DNA of 64,000 bases from the NCBI GenBank assembly GCA_020891255.1, contig BQFW01000004.1, forward strand, positions 1,426,001 to 1,490,000, given 5' to 3'. The stretch is from Entomortierella parvispora E1425 (Eukaryota > Fungi > Mortierellomycota). The notes beneath the pieces are model-generated. The model did no database searches and was not told the DNA's origin. It saw nothing but the letters and a program-made list of their open reading frames with translations. How positions within the stretch are numbered: position 1 is the first letter of the stretch; the number at the start of each line of letters is the position of its first letter. This document shows, in pieces, positions 47,454 through 59,414 of the stretch. The translations under genes were made by a program, and so were the position numbers.

Positions 47454-48383
47454 ATGGGCCCATCATACTCGACTGAACAACCCATCGCACGGCTGCTTCT
47501 TCTCGGCGGTAGTGCCTCTGGAAACTCATTGATTCTATACCGGTTTAATCTTGGAGAAAAGATCAATGCCTTCCCGACCCTAGACTTCAACGTGGAATCC
47601 GTTACGTTTTTTAGAACAGCCGAGACGGCCAGATTCGAAAATAGCACTACCAGAGAGAAGAGCAGTAACTAGTATTTTCACTAAGCATGTCTGGTCCTGC
47701 CCTGGCCTCGTGAGACGGGCATGGCTTGGGTATCAACACTGTTTACCCAAACAATGTCGTTTGATATCTGGGAAATCCCGCACCGTAAAGGAGTGTTAAG
47801 ATGGGCGAAGGAACATGTAGACCACCATGGTCCAAAGCATCAAGAACAACTGAAAAATCCACCTGCTCGGGCAGTAATCTTTGTTGTGGACTCAACAGAA
47901 CAAGAACCGGGCTGGATGCAGGGGGCGAAAGATCAGTTCTGGACTGCGATGTCTCTCGATGGATCGAAAGATATACTCACGACTCTAAACATTACTGCGA
48001 TTGCAAGAAAAGAGGCATTGATTGGGATCGCGGTGAATGCACCCGTTCTGATCTTTGCCAACAAGCAGAACGAGAGACATGCCATGACTGCAGATGAAGT
48101 CCGAGACTGGCTTGAGTTGCCGACATTATCAAGAATGCAACGCGCTGACCGGGGATGGTCTTCAGGAAGGAATCTCCTGGCTTTTGAATCACCTTTGCAA
48201 CTAAGGGGCATACCCAAACATTTCTATGCAGTCTATTTTATTGTATATGGTCCATCTACTTCTTTAGTCGACTCGATCCTTGATGAACAAGTACCCGACA
48301 TTCTCGCAAGCTTCCTCTGGCCTATCCTTAAAATGGACAAAGTGTCCTTGAAGAGCTGCCGTGCTGACTTTATGCCCTTCTAG
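47454..48383 (+). pseudogene. Degenerate Arf-like small GTPase locus with two in-frame stops
   Basis: MGPSYS..RLLLLGGSASGNSLILYRFNLGEKINAFPTLDFNVESV..SFDIWE..AVIFVVDS..PVLIFANKQN..MTADEV follows the Arf motif order. TAG at 47670 and TAA at 47682 are in frame, and no strong intron removes them. Confidence 0.6.
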
Positions 48384-50024
48384 GCTCTTGACGAACCGCT
48401 GAGCCAGCTCCTCATGATCGTCGTAGAACCTCTTGAACATCTTCTCGATTTGGGATGGGGTGGCATCTCCGACATACTCGCGAAGATCAACACGTCCGGG
48501 TCGAATCAGGGCAGGGTCCAAAGATTCCACATGGTTGGTCGTCATGAAAATAATCCTTCCCTCTGAAGACGCCACGCCGTCAAGGGCATTGAGCAATCCG
48601 CTGAAGGTCACCATGGATTGAAACCTAACACGTCAAATAAAAAGGAAACGAATTATGGCAAATTAGGATAAAGTTTTAGTTTTTTTTCTCAATGCATGGA
48701 TGAGGCAGCTCTTGAGAAGTGGATTCTTACCCTTCTTGAGTCTTTTCACGCTTTGCGAATGCAGCATCAATATCCTCCAAAAGCATGATACTCCTCTCTG
48801 GCAGATTGGTCAACAGGTGATTCAATCGATCGTTGGTCAATCCACGTTCACTGAGGTTCAGAATGCAAATGTTGTACTCGAGTTCTCCAGCTAGCGCCTG
48901 AATAAAACTGGTTTTTCCACTTCCTGGTGGTCCATAGAGCAAGTATCCACGACGATAGGGAATTCCTATGATTAAATATCAAGCCCGAGCAACCCCTGTA
49001 TTAGCTTCTGAGAACGACTTCATGGCTGCGGGTGGGCATTCATTTTAACTGCAGCAATCGGAGTAGACTTCTTACCTCGATCGTCATACCACTTTTCATT
49101 CTTCACAAACTCCTTGACATCCCGTACGACACGCTCCCCAATCCCATCAGCCAGGATAACCGACTGCAACAATCTTCTCTTCCTTGGTTGACCAAAAGGC
49201 CTCCATTCTGCTCCCCAGCTGGTATAAATCACCGTCTTGCCCTCCTGGTTCATCAAGGCCATCTTCTGAGCCTCCTGTAAGAGTTCTGAAAACACATGGC
49301 GATCGCTCGAGAGGGTGGTCAGTGTCACAGTCTCCCAAGGCGCACCTGTCGAAAGATCCATCATCTTTGCATCTCTTGTTCTCTCAACCTGAATCCAGGC
49401 TCCTCTATAACAAATCAAATGCTTTCCGTTGCCCGGAACAAGATTGAATCGGGTCGAAACCGATCCATTGTCGTGTTGCTTGAATTCTGTTTGAACAGCC
49501 AAAAATTGAGACCTCTTGTTGATCCTGTTTGCTAACCGATCGCTCCATCGGTTGAGAAGACCAGGCCGTCCTGTAGTTGATGCCGTTTTCACTGCTTCTC
49601 CAGCTTTGATCGTCGATGATCCTGTCATGGCGGCACTTCTGGATTGAGAGGACATCCAGTGCAGGAACCAGAGATAGGACTTATCCTTGCTTGGGATCTC
49701 GAGCGTTACCAGCATCTGTCGACGGAGGAGACTGGCACCCGCCATAGTACCCTGGCGCAGAATAGTCAAACCGGCCCCGACGGCCATCAGACCAAAACCA
49801 GCAGAAAAGTAAGGGTTCGAGCCTATCACGGACTGGAAGAACCCCTCTTGCTTTGGATCAGCACCTGTTGGCGATGTGGAATTCGAGGGCGACGAAGACG
49901 ATGGTGGCTGTACTGATCGATCTGGAGAGGAAGGGTATGGCTGTGCAGGCGTACTTGAGCTTTCGCTTTCGACTCGTGGAGAAGAGGTCATGGCCTCCGG
50001 TGAACGAATGGCCAGAGATGTCAT
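48264..50024 (-). CDS. BCS1: Mitochondrial AAA chaperone BCS1
   Basis: [56 protein letters not shown] (Walker A), LLEDIDAAF (Walker B), [25 protein letters not shown]. Confidence 0.96.
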
Positions 50025-50382
50025 TGTCGTGGGTGGATGTCAGACCTTAGTAAAGTTTCTCTCCTTTGTTCTCTCTCCCGTCTTGTGAAATGTCCTGATT
50101 CGATTCGTTCAGCTGATCCTTGATGGTCGTTGTCCTGAGAGTTGTTTGATGCTAACAAACCCCTGAGTCGTTCAAAGTCGGGCAGCCTCAAAAAATATTT
50201 GTGACTGCTGTATCGAACATAGAACTTCAACCCCTCTGTCAGAGTGTAAAGTGCACCATGGCCAATTGTGATACGGAGGACCGCGGTTTTATTTTTCTTT
50301 GCTGAGTCCATGGTCGACAGAGGTATTATTGATGGCCTCCCTCTATCTTCTGCATGTTGGCCCTCTATCTGTTATCGCTCGA

Positions 50383-51765
50383 CTATGGGTCCATCCACCA
50401 CTCCATGTCTAAAGAGACCACGTCCTGCTCCTTGTTTGTTGTGACAAAGGCAATCTCAGAGATGATACGGCCCACATTACTACTATACGTCACAATATGA
50501 TGTTCGCACCGCGCCGCCGTGAAGATGTCGAGCAAGAAGTTGATTTCCTGTTCCTTTCTCGACATACCCGCCCTGACGTCCTCCAGCCACCCTCGATTCG
50601 TCCTTGGCTGCTCTCTGTAATGAAATTTGAAACCTGTATAGTTCTTTGTCGATTGGATCACCTCGTCATCGTCCGTCATAAGGTAGATGGTCGAGATCCC
50701 AGACTTGGCCTGAAACTTGTTTGCCTCTGCCATGTACTGCGAGAAATCCAGCAATGGTGCCTCCTGAATTTTGTCCGAGTGTCGTACATGGATGGAAATG
50801 CAGGGCTCAAGAACCACCAATGGTGCCGTTCTGAAAATCTCCCTCATTTCAGCGTTCGGCCGGACAGCGTAGTAAGTCAACATAGATCTCCACCAATAGT
50901 GCCCCTTGGGCTCATATTCTGGAAGGATGATGGTTTGATTCTTTTTCAGGATTGCCACATCAATGACAGGCGACTTGAAGTTGACGGTTGAATCCTCCCA
51001 TTTATCAAAGTCGGTCTCGGGAGGGTTGGCGGCAAACACCTTTTCCATCTTCTTCTCGCTGCAGGTCGTCAAGGGGATGAAGTAGTTGTGGGGGTCGGGC
51101 GAGAGCAGGGTCATGTCGTGGTCAAGAGCGAGAGCGAGGGCCAATCCCATGTTGTGCCAAGCGGAACCAAATCCAAATGTATCCACAGCTCCATTGAAAA
51201 ACCGTTCGCAACGATTTTGAAGTTGATCCAGGTGTAGATGAAGAGCAGTGCGATCCTTGTCCTCAAACGTGGTGATCATCTCGTAACCTCGGGCTCCAAT
51301 GAGGTCAATTACCCAACGAGACTTTTCCTGGACAAAAGCGTCCAGCTTGGCTCCAATGTTGTCTCCTTGGATAACAAGTCTGTTTGTGTGTGCCGTCATT
51401 GTCTCCATGGCGTCAAGAGAAGCCACAATTAGACCATAGGTCCGATCCTGACAATGACCAAACGACGCCTTCCGAGTCCCGCAAGCGTTGAAGAGTTGTT
51501 CCATGTTGATTCCTGAGTGAATGCAGATATCATCTACATCCTGTGGAATAGGACACCTTAATGGCCCTCCGACATTGATGTGGATCTCTTTGGAGTTCAT
51601 GTGCAAGCGTGTGGTATAAAAGCCTATGAGACATATTGATGTCACACATGTCATAATGAGTCCTGTCCTGAACGATGGCAAAGGGACGAGTCGTACACGG
51701 TCCAGAAGCCTGGAGGCCGGCTGGGTCAGCTTTCTGTAACCAGCATGCTTGTTGAACATGGCCAT
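50383..51765 (-). CDS. Intronless GT23 (FUT8/NodZ-like) alpha-1,6-fucosyltransferase-like type II membrane protein
   Basis: N-terminal TM segment; FGFGSAWH; CISIHVRHSDK (motif I); IYLMTDDDEVI (motif II); LLDIF..ARCEHHIVTYSSNVGR (motif III). Confidence 0.8.
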   Translation of the reverse strand: MAMFNKHAGYRKLTQPASRLLDRVRLVPLPSFRTGLIMTCVTSICLIGFYTTRLHMNSKEIHINVGGPLRCPIPQDVDDICIHSGINMEQLFNACGTRKASFGHCQDRTYGLIVASLDAMETMTAHTNRLVIQGDNIGAKLDAFVQEKSRWVIDLIGARGYEMITTFEDKDRTALHLHLDQLQNRCERFFNGAVDTFGFGSAWHNMGLALALALDHDMTLLSPDPHNYFIPLTTCSEKKMEKVFAANPPETDFDKWEDSTVNFKSPVIDVAILKKNQTIILPEYEPKGHYWWRSMLTYYAVRPNAEMREIFRTAPLVVLEPCISIHVRHSDKIQEAPLLDFSQYMAEANKFQAKSGISTIYLMTDDDEVIQSTKNYTGFKFHYREQPRTNRGWLEDVRAGMSRKEQEINFLLDIFTAARCEHHIVTYSSNVGRIISEIAFVTTNKEQDVVSLDMEWWMDP

Positions 51766-52214
51766 TTTTTCCCCTCCTTTTGTGATTCCCGAGACAGAGT
51801 GGCTATTTGATCAAGTATATCAATAAGACGATAAGTGAAGGCGCAGGAGGAGCTTGGATGATGGAAGAAAGATCAGCTCATCACCAACCTGTGCAGATTT
51901 AGAATGGAATGAGGCTCAATGCAATGATTAAATTAGGTGGAAGATGAAAGAATAGAAGAGGAGATGGTGAAAGTAGAAGAGGAGATGGTCGACCCAAAAC
52001 CTTGAATTGGTTCTGTGCGACACATCCGCCTCGAGCGATTGGACACGATAGCGCACTGTGAAAACCAGGGAGCGGTCGCATTGCGAAAGCCCGTCACTTT
52101 TTTTTTACATACTTCGGGCTCGATATTTTTTTATTTTTGCTGCATCAAGCGCACTCCATGGGTATAAGAAATTATTATGTTACAGGTAAGGATTCGATTG
52201 TTTCTTTTGTTTTT

Positions 52215-54747
52215 TTACACATAGTGAATCTCGGCCTTGTTTTCACCGTTGTGATGTTTGGACGAATCAGAATCGGACGATCCATCGTCGGGCGAGGAAG
52301 GGACCACATCCTTGTCCCAGGCCTGAGAGCGGATCAAGACAGAGTCGACAGCATCGCGGACAGTCAAGTGGACCAGACCCTCCTCCTTCAAGAAAGGGCT
52401 CGAGCCCAGAACCGAGATAGCAGCTGATCCAACATCTCCAGGAACAGAGCGAGAGCCATCAGCGTTCTTTGAGTCAGCCAAAGGAGCATCCAGAGCTCTG
52501 ATCTCTCCCTCACCTTCGGCATGTTCCAAGACCTCAACCTTTTGCAACGCAATGGGGGCTACAGGGCGGGTAATACCAGAGAGCTCGAGGATATGGAGAA
52601 CATTGGCTTGAATACCAACGAAGTGAACCTCAAAAAAGGTGGTGGGGTAATCGGTCACACCAGCATAGTCCCTCAACAGCTCGCGCAAGTCAAAGAGACC
52701 CTGCAAACCAGTCGAATCAATGTTGTTCACAGCCGAAAAGTCAAAAATGACTGAGCGCAACAGAGGAAGATCATCATCGGTGATGTTGGACTCAGGTCCG
52801 TGGGCAATCTTACGCAAGTTGCGAATATGGACATCCAAATCATCCGACCACAACTTCTCGGCACTGGACTTGACACGACCACCGAAGCGCGTGTACTTGT
52901 AGACTTCGTCAATGACCCAGGACTTGAAAGAATCCGTGTTGGGGAAGGTGGTGGACTCTTCAATACGGAAGACCAACACACCATGGGGGGCAGGGACGGT
53001 CTCGAAGGTGCTGTCGACAGAGGAGTCAATAAAGACATCGGGACGGTCCTTGAGCTGACGGAGAACATGGAAGTTGGGGCGGGCAACACGGAAGAGCAAG
53101 ACTAGGAGAGAGAAGCCAACACCAGCGGCGATACCGGTCTCAACCGAGACGAAGATGGTAACCCAGAGAGCAACCTGGGAGGAGAGGAAGTCCCACAGGT
53201 TGACCTTGAAGAACTGAATAAAGACCGAGGGAGGACTGATCAAGGTTGACACAGCGACCATGATGACAGCTGACAGAGCAGCATCGGGAATGTAGTAGAA
53301 GCTAAAGACGAGGAAGCAATGAGAAATATGGTGAGTTGGAGAACTTTTTTTTTTTTTTGCAACGCCACCAAAAACGCGGCAGTGCACATGTCAGCCGTAG
53401 CGGGGAGCTTAAAAAAGCCAAGAATAACCAATAGCGCTCTGTAATACCCATGATCCAAGAGAAAGATGAACTTACGCTGGGGTCAAGAAGAAGAGTGCCA
53501 AGAGAACGAGTGCACCAGTAACAAAACCGGCAAAGGGCGACTTGACACCACACTGGAACTTGACAGCGGAACGGGAGAAGGATCCCGTCACAGTGTAGGC
53601 GCCGAAGAATGAGGCAGTGATGTTGGCAGCTCCAAGAGCGAGTAACTCCTGGTTGGTGTCGATCTGATAACGGTTGCGGCGAGCAAAGGCCTTGGAGATG
53701 GCGATATGTTCGAGAATGGTCGCGAGAGCAATGGCGAACAATTTGGGGACAATCTCCGAGAAGATTTCTGAAGTGACGCTAGGAACCTCGGGATGTGGCA
53801 GACCAGAGGGAACAGTCTTCAAAATCGAGATACGGGGAATGATGTTGCCCTTGGCATCATGAGGGGCATCCTTGTTGACGGCATACGAAACGGCGGTGGC
53901 CAAGACTGTGACAATAAAAAAGCGAGAGATCTTGATCAGCTGGATAGAGAAGCGTCCACGGCCCCATCGATCGACAGCCAAGCCAATGGCAATAAGGATG
54001 AAGAAACCAACGAGACCAAAAACGAGATCGAGCCAGGACAATGTCTTGATAGCTTTGAGCATGGTGATAATGATGGTGTAGACTGGGGCACGGTTGTTGA
54101 TATTAGGAATGCCCAGCCATTTTGGGATCTGCTGGATGACGATAGTGGCAGCTGCACCAGTAGTGTAACCGACCAAAACAGTCGTAGGGAAGAAGTCGAG
54201 AATGATACCCAAACGGAGAACACCCATGATGAAAGTCAAGGCACCGACACAGAGACAAGAGATAGCAGCAACTTGAGGAGGCGTCATCCTTCCTGCAAGT
54301 TCAGCAACCAGTTCACCAGTAATGAGCGAGATAACGGCAGTGGGTCCGATGGTGAGATCCTTGGAGGTTCCCATGAAGCAGTAAAAAATAGCACCGATAT
54401 AAGCAGAATAAAGACCGTGTTGGACTGGCAATCCTGCGACCTTGGCATACGACATTCCCTGAGGGACGACAATCAAACCAACTGTGATACCGGCAATGAT
54501 ATCACGAAGGGCCCATCCACGGTTGTACTTCGGCAACCTAGAGAGAATTAGCACAGGGGAGAGAGTGAGGGTCAGAACACAAGAACCTGATTCTGATTCT
54601 AACCGATAAGTTGCAATGGACTGTAGATTATCAGTACCATTTGATGATGGGGAGGCGCTCGACGACGTAGCGAGGAGTGTTGCTTGGGAATGCCTTAGCC
54701 CAGTTGACGATACTGCGTCCAAAGGCTTTCAATTCCTGATCAGCCAT
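52215..54747 (-). CDS. SulP/SLC26 sulfate transporter with STAS domain
   Basis: RLPIIKWLPKYN..DIIAGITVG..VPQGMSYA, GLYS, MGTSKDLTIGP, NQEL.ALG.ANI, TGSFSRSAV; STAS domain GVLVFR..VIFDFSAVNNIDSTGLQ. Introns 54539-54634 and 53302-53475 (first approximate). Confidence 0.93.
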
Positions 54748-55826
54748 GATAAGGACAGGAGTGTGGCGAATATGAGGGAGGAGGGGACTAGAGGGGATGG
54801 AGTCGGGGAAGAATAAGAGGGAAGGTGTTTCCTTTTGATGTCCAGGGGAGAATATCAGAGAATCAGAGAGAAAGACAAGGGACAAGAGAAGAAAAAAGAG
54901 GGTAGGGTTGAGGTTGCACCCTTTTATAAAGGTGAGAAGAGAAGGTGGAGAAAAGGCTGTCAGTGGCAGTCGAGAGCAACGCAACCGATGAACGGTGCGA
55001 TAAGTCGTACACTCAGCAAGCCCTCCTGATAAAGGACGAGTAAGTGAGCGAGGATGGCTTCGATCGCACCATTCTGGCGAGCTGCGAGATCTTGTTAGGG
55101 TTCAATTGAATGGACAGCCATTGAATATGGCGGGCGACACTTGATCTCGCTGACGGCCGGCAGCCAGAGCCTCGGTGATGGTCAAAACTCGTTTTTTCTC
55201 TGCAGGAGCACGTTTTCGACCAGGGACGAACAAGCAACGCAAACCAGGCAAACCCAAAAAAAATGGCCTTGTCTGTGTGACCCCAAGTGACCTCTGTGAC
55301 TGAAGTTTAAGACGGACTCCCCTGCAGAAATGGCGACATTTCGCGACCACCGGGCGCGATTGATTTTTTTTTTTTATTCGTTCTTTCCCTGGGTTCAGGT
55401 CGAAAACGATCCAAGGAAAATGAAATATTTGGGTCTCTATAAGTGTATGTGCCTCTATCCCTAGCTCTGCCTGGTCTCATACAACCCTGTCTAATTTAGT
55501 CTAGTCTCTCTTGCCATCGCAAGACCTTTCTCAGGACAAGGATCTACGAAGATTGTTGTTACAATCGTCGGCGTCGGACTGCGCTGTGCAGTTGACGCCA
55601 GTTGTGTAATGGGAAAGACTTTGGTAGAGTCTGGGGAACACAGTACTCCCAAGCTAGAGCGCAGTCTGCGAAAACACAGGGAGGGGGAGGATTAATTTCA
55701 TGTATTGTATGCAGACGCTAGTCGATATGACGCGAGATGGTGCAATGGCCCAGAACCCGAGAATTAGCGAGGTCCAAGAGATGAACACCTCAGCTCAAAA
55801 AAGAAGCTTTGGAAAGGGGGATTGAC

Positions 55827-55837
55827 GATGGCGTAAT
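55827..55837 (-). promoter_or_regulatory. Candidate CYS-3/MetR-type sulfur-regulon bZIP site ATTACGCCATC upstream of SulP
   Basis: Resembles the ATGRYRYCAT family of sites, 1.08 kb upstream of the SulP ATG. Weaker variants at 55330-55339 and 55593-55600. Confidence 0.35.
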
Positions 55838-57413
55838 ATTTCACAATGTAATGTCAAAACGGCAATGCCATGGCAGATGGTCCATTATCGTGCATGGAGT
55901 TGCTGCTCTTTTGAGCACTTTGGTTGCTGGTGCTGGACGACAAAGGCGGAAGAGACGGAGACGTTCTTTTATTATTCTCTATCTATTCTCGCTCTGGATT
56001 TGAGCGTTGCTCGTTTGGGCCACCAGGAAGTTGAGAGAACCACTGATCTCTTTTTTTTTTTGGTGCTCTCTTGGTAGCAACTTCGCCAATGAAACCACCT
56101 CGAGGAACAGACCAGCGGCAACATCTACTGCTGGGTACAAGAAGATCTTATAACATGATTTTTCTTGCTGCTCTTTGTGCTAACCCACCAAGCCTCAAGC
56201 TCGTCAGCCCATGTGCAACCGAACAGTTTTAAACGCTTTCCAAGGAGCCAGCACGAACAATTCTTCAGAGAAGTACAAACAAAGAGAGCAAACACAAATG
56301 ATGCCATATCTCTTTTTTTTTGGTCACTTGTCTTCGATTGTCCTATTCCTGCCTTGCAGAATCCGAAGAACAACAGACAACTTAAACTGCGCCACCAAAA
56401 ACATACTCCGACAAGGATAGAATTGTCGGTAATTCTTGCTGACAACCCAAGATCCAGAGGTGAAGCAGCGATTATCTGGCTCGGGATTCATCTCTTGATT
56501 TCCTACAAAGCACTGACAACCTCTCTTTACCAAGAAGGATCGATCAATACTTACATCGTCTAAATCCTGCACCCACCCTGTTCGACAGCAGCCGCCCTGT
56601 CTTCACCAACCATTTATTTGATTAGCTCGCTCTCGCGCAGGCGGTCGCTTGTCAGCGAGACAAACACAGATAGAAACTTAAAAAATGATGCCATGACGCC
56701 TCACAATCGACCCAAGATGATGTGGGTTAAAGTCTACGCTTTTCATATTCTAAGATCTGTCCGACAATGGATGATGGAAGCAGGGTGGTACGCACACAGC
56801 CATCGTTTAATTCTCAACTCCCTGCATCTTCTTCCCCACCATCGCGCGAGAGCTGGGGCACTCTCAATCCACTGGTGAGATGCCTCCACAGAGAACGATT
56901 CCTCGTAGATAAGAGATCAATCTGAAGGAGGAGAGGGGAATAAACATGGCACTCTTGTACCTTCGAACAACATGCCATAATCCGTTCTCTTCCTGCCTCC
57001 CTGTGAGTGACTTTAAGTATACTTCTCCTGTTGCCTCTACAAAGACCCGTCCACAGCATTTAGGTCGTCAAACTTGAAGGCGGGCACCCATCAGACTCAA
57101 TTAACACTTGACTTTTACGTGGTATACAACCCAACAGGGAAAATTACTTCAGGCGATACCTTTCCATGGAATAGCATCTATCTATCTCCATGCCATCTCA
57201 CATTTGGTCACCCGATGAGCTCAAGGATGGCAGTACCAAGATAAGAAAGGGAAAAGGTCACCTCAACAACACACAACCTTCATAGAGACAAACACCAGGC
57301 ACATTAAGGAGTCTAGAATATTGACATCGCTCTCTTGCGATGATTTTTCTCTATTGCTGTCTAAATTTGACTTGTAGTGGGTGGTGCTGAGAAAACATCT
57401 CTAGAGGACGTCT

Positions 57414-58330
57414 CTAAAAGTTGAACAACTGGTGGTTCATCTCGTTGTAGGCCTTCCACTCTGGCGATGCCTTCCAGAGCTGGAACTTGGGCTCCTTTTC
57501 GACCGCGTCACAGACAGCGAAGAGGGCAGGTGACTTTTTGTGCGAGAGCAGGCGATCTCCAGAGATCGAAACAAGGTTGGGGATGATGGTCGCAGTCTTG
57601 ATATCGGCCAAAGAGAGCTGTTTTAGAAAGAGAGATAAATGGACGCGATTCAGTAAAACAAAGTTGCTAGATTTTCATGTCTTTCGCCTTTTTTTTTTTT
57701 TTAGAAATCGTACCTTGTCTCCAACATAGTGGCCATTGGAGCCGTTCTTCACAAGAGCACGCTCATGGTACTCAACCCACTCGGGAACAATCTTGGTCAG
57801 GAAGATCTCCATCATCTGCTCATAGTTCTCCTTGGGTGCACGGACGACCGTTGTCACCAGCTTGTCAAAGACAGCCTGGCTGGAGGAATGGTACATACGG
57901 ATCAAGTTCTCCTCCCACAGGTTGCTTCCGGTGTAGCCAAACTTCTTGCCGAAATAAAACTCGATAGGAGTGAGCTCACACAACTCGAGTACCTCGCCTG
58001 ACTTTGTCTCCTCATAGAGGACGGGCATGGCACCCAAAGGCGTCAAGGACTTTTCCTTCGACCATTCCTGCGCGTTACAGGGACAAATAAGAAAAGGTTA
58101 TTTAGGAAAGGTTCGTGGAGCAATGGTGTCTCGACGATGTATCTGGGCTATGATCAACAACTTACAGTTGGATGGACAAAGGTGTACTCGGCACCAGACA
58201 TGAAGAGGATGGCGCGGAGGGCAGTGACCACTCCATGGAAGGGGAAGTAGAGCAACGTGTACTTGTTGTCCTTGGCCAAAGCCAACTCGGACATCTTCTC
58301 GGTCGAAAGGTTCACTGAGGCGGCAACCAT
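57414..58330 (-). CDS. Glutathione S-transferase
   Basis: YTLLYFPFHG..LRAIL, TPLGAMPVL, ELTPIEFYFGKKFG, GHYVGDKLSLADIK. Exons 58330-58166, 58067-57714 and 57617-57414. Confidence 0.88.
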
Positions 58331-58822
58331 TGCGGATAGTGTTTGCTGTTTAAGGAGGGAGAGTTGGGTTCTTGTTGGGAGGCTTCTGTGTGTGCTGTGA
58401 GCTGGTTGAGAGAAAAAAAATTGTGTGGATGAGGAGATGATATTTATACTAGATCGAACAGAGGATCAGGACTCGTCTTTATCTCAGCAATGGATTTCCT
58501 AGTCGGATATCCATCCCGACGTCCTCAAAAACCTGAGATTAGCAAGTAAAAGTAGGGCGTTTGTTCTGTATGTAGGGTCTGCGCAGATCGCGTTCCCCGA
58601 AATGTCAATTCAAGGGTGACGATTCTTCGGATAGGAAAGTCAAAAGCGGAAAGAGCACATCGTCAAATGATATCAAAGTGTACCCCAAAACAAATAAGCA
58701 ATGGTCTTTAAGCCGCACAAGCAAAACTTGATCGCAACGGATGAAAAACGCGACACCGAGAAGGTTCATTGAGGGCCCATGGAGACGGTGTAACAGTCTG
58801 TGCTCGTCCGTCGTCACAGATC

Positions 58823-58898
58823 AATTTCTGCGAAATCGGATGTCCCTTCCGAAGTCCAGGGCGCTTCTAAAACTCTAAATCCGTTTTTCGCAGAAATT
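58823..58898. repeat. Inverted repeat with a 13-bp perfect core (AATTTCTGCGAAA), extendable to about 19 bp, upstream of GST
   Basis: 58823-58835 is the reverse complement of 58886-58898; the inner CGGAT/ATCCG also pairs across a bulge. Confidence 0.8.
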
Positions 58899-59414
58899 CG
58901 GTCATCGTGAGCCCTGGCGTGTGGAAACATGCTACAGGATTCCCATGAAAAGGTAGGAGCGGCCGATCATTGACAACAGCGGGCCATAAAAAAGTGGGGA
59001 ACAGCACTATCTTCAGCTGCCCATCCCCAGAAGGACCTTGATGGGGTCTCCCAGTGCGCAGTGCTTTCGCGAGAGGCTCTCAAGCAGAGTGCCTCACAGG
59101 AACAACATCGTCAGCAACGTTCCTATGCCACGCAGGTATTGTATGATCATCCCGCCTGTCTTCTTTATCTTTAGCTCTTTCTCGTGATGAAGCACGTCTT
59201 GAGCGGCTTGAAGACAATGGTTTTTGGCAAATCATTAGTTCAATTCGAGGAATGGTCTTTTGTGCCCAATCTGTAGTTGAAAGCAGTTGTGCCTCCGCGT
59301 TTTTATTCATTTTTCATATTGGCTTTAGAAAAAGCTTGCTTCAAGCCCTAGACTTCAGTTGGGGAGAGATGTATGGGGGGGAAGGAGAGACAGATAAAGC
59401 TCATTTCCATTTTC

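Noticed and set aside
53793-54551. Long antisense or alternative-frame ORFs (this 252-aa one, also 3271-3756, 12583-13059, 22288-23097, 36209-36841, 39865-40419, 50497-50991)
   Set aside because: They are shadows of real genes caused by codon bias or low complexity, and carry no recognisable motifs of their own.
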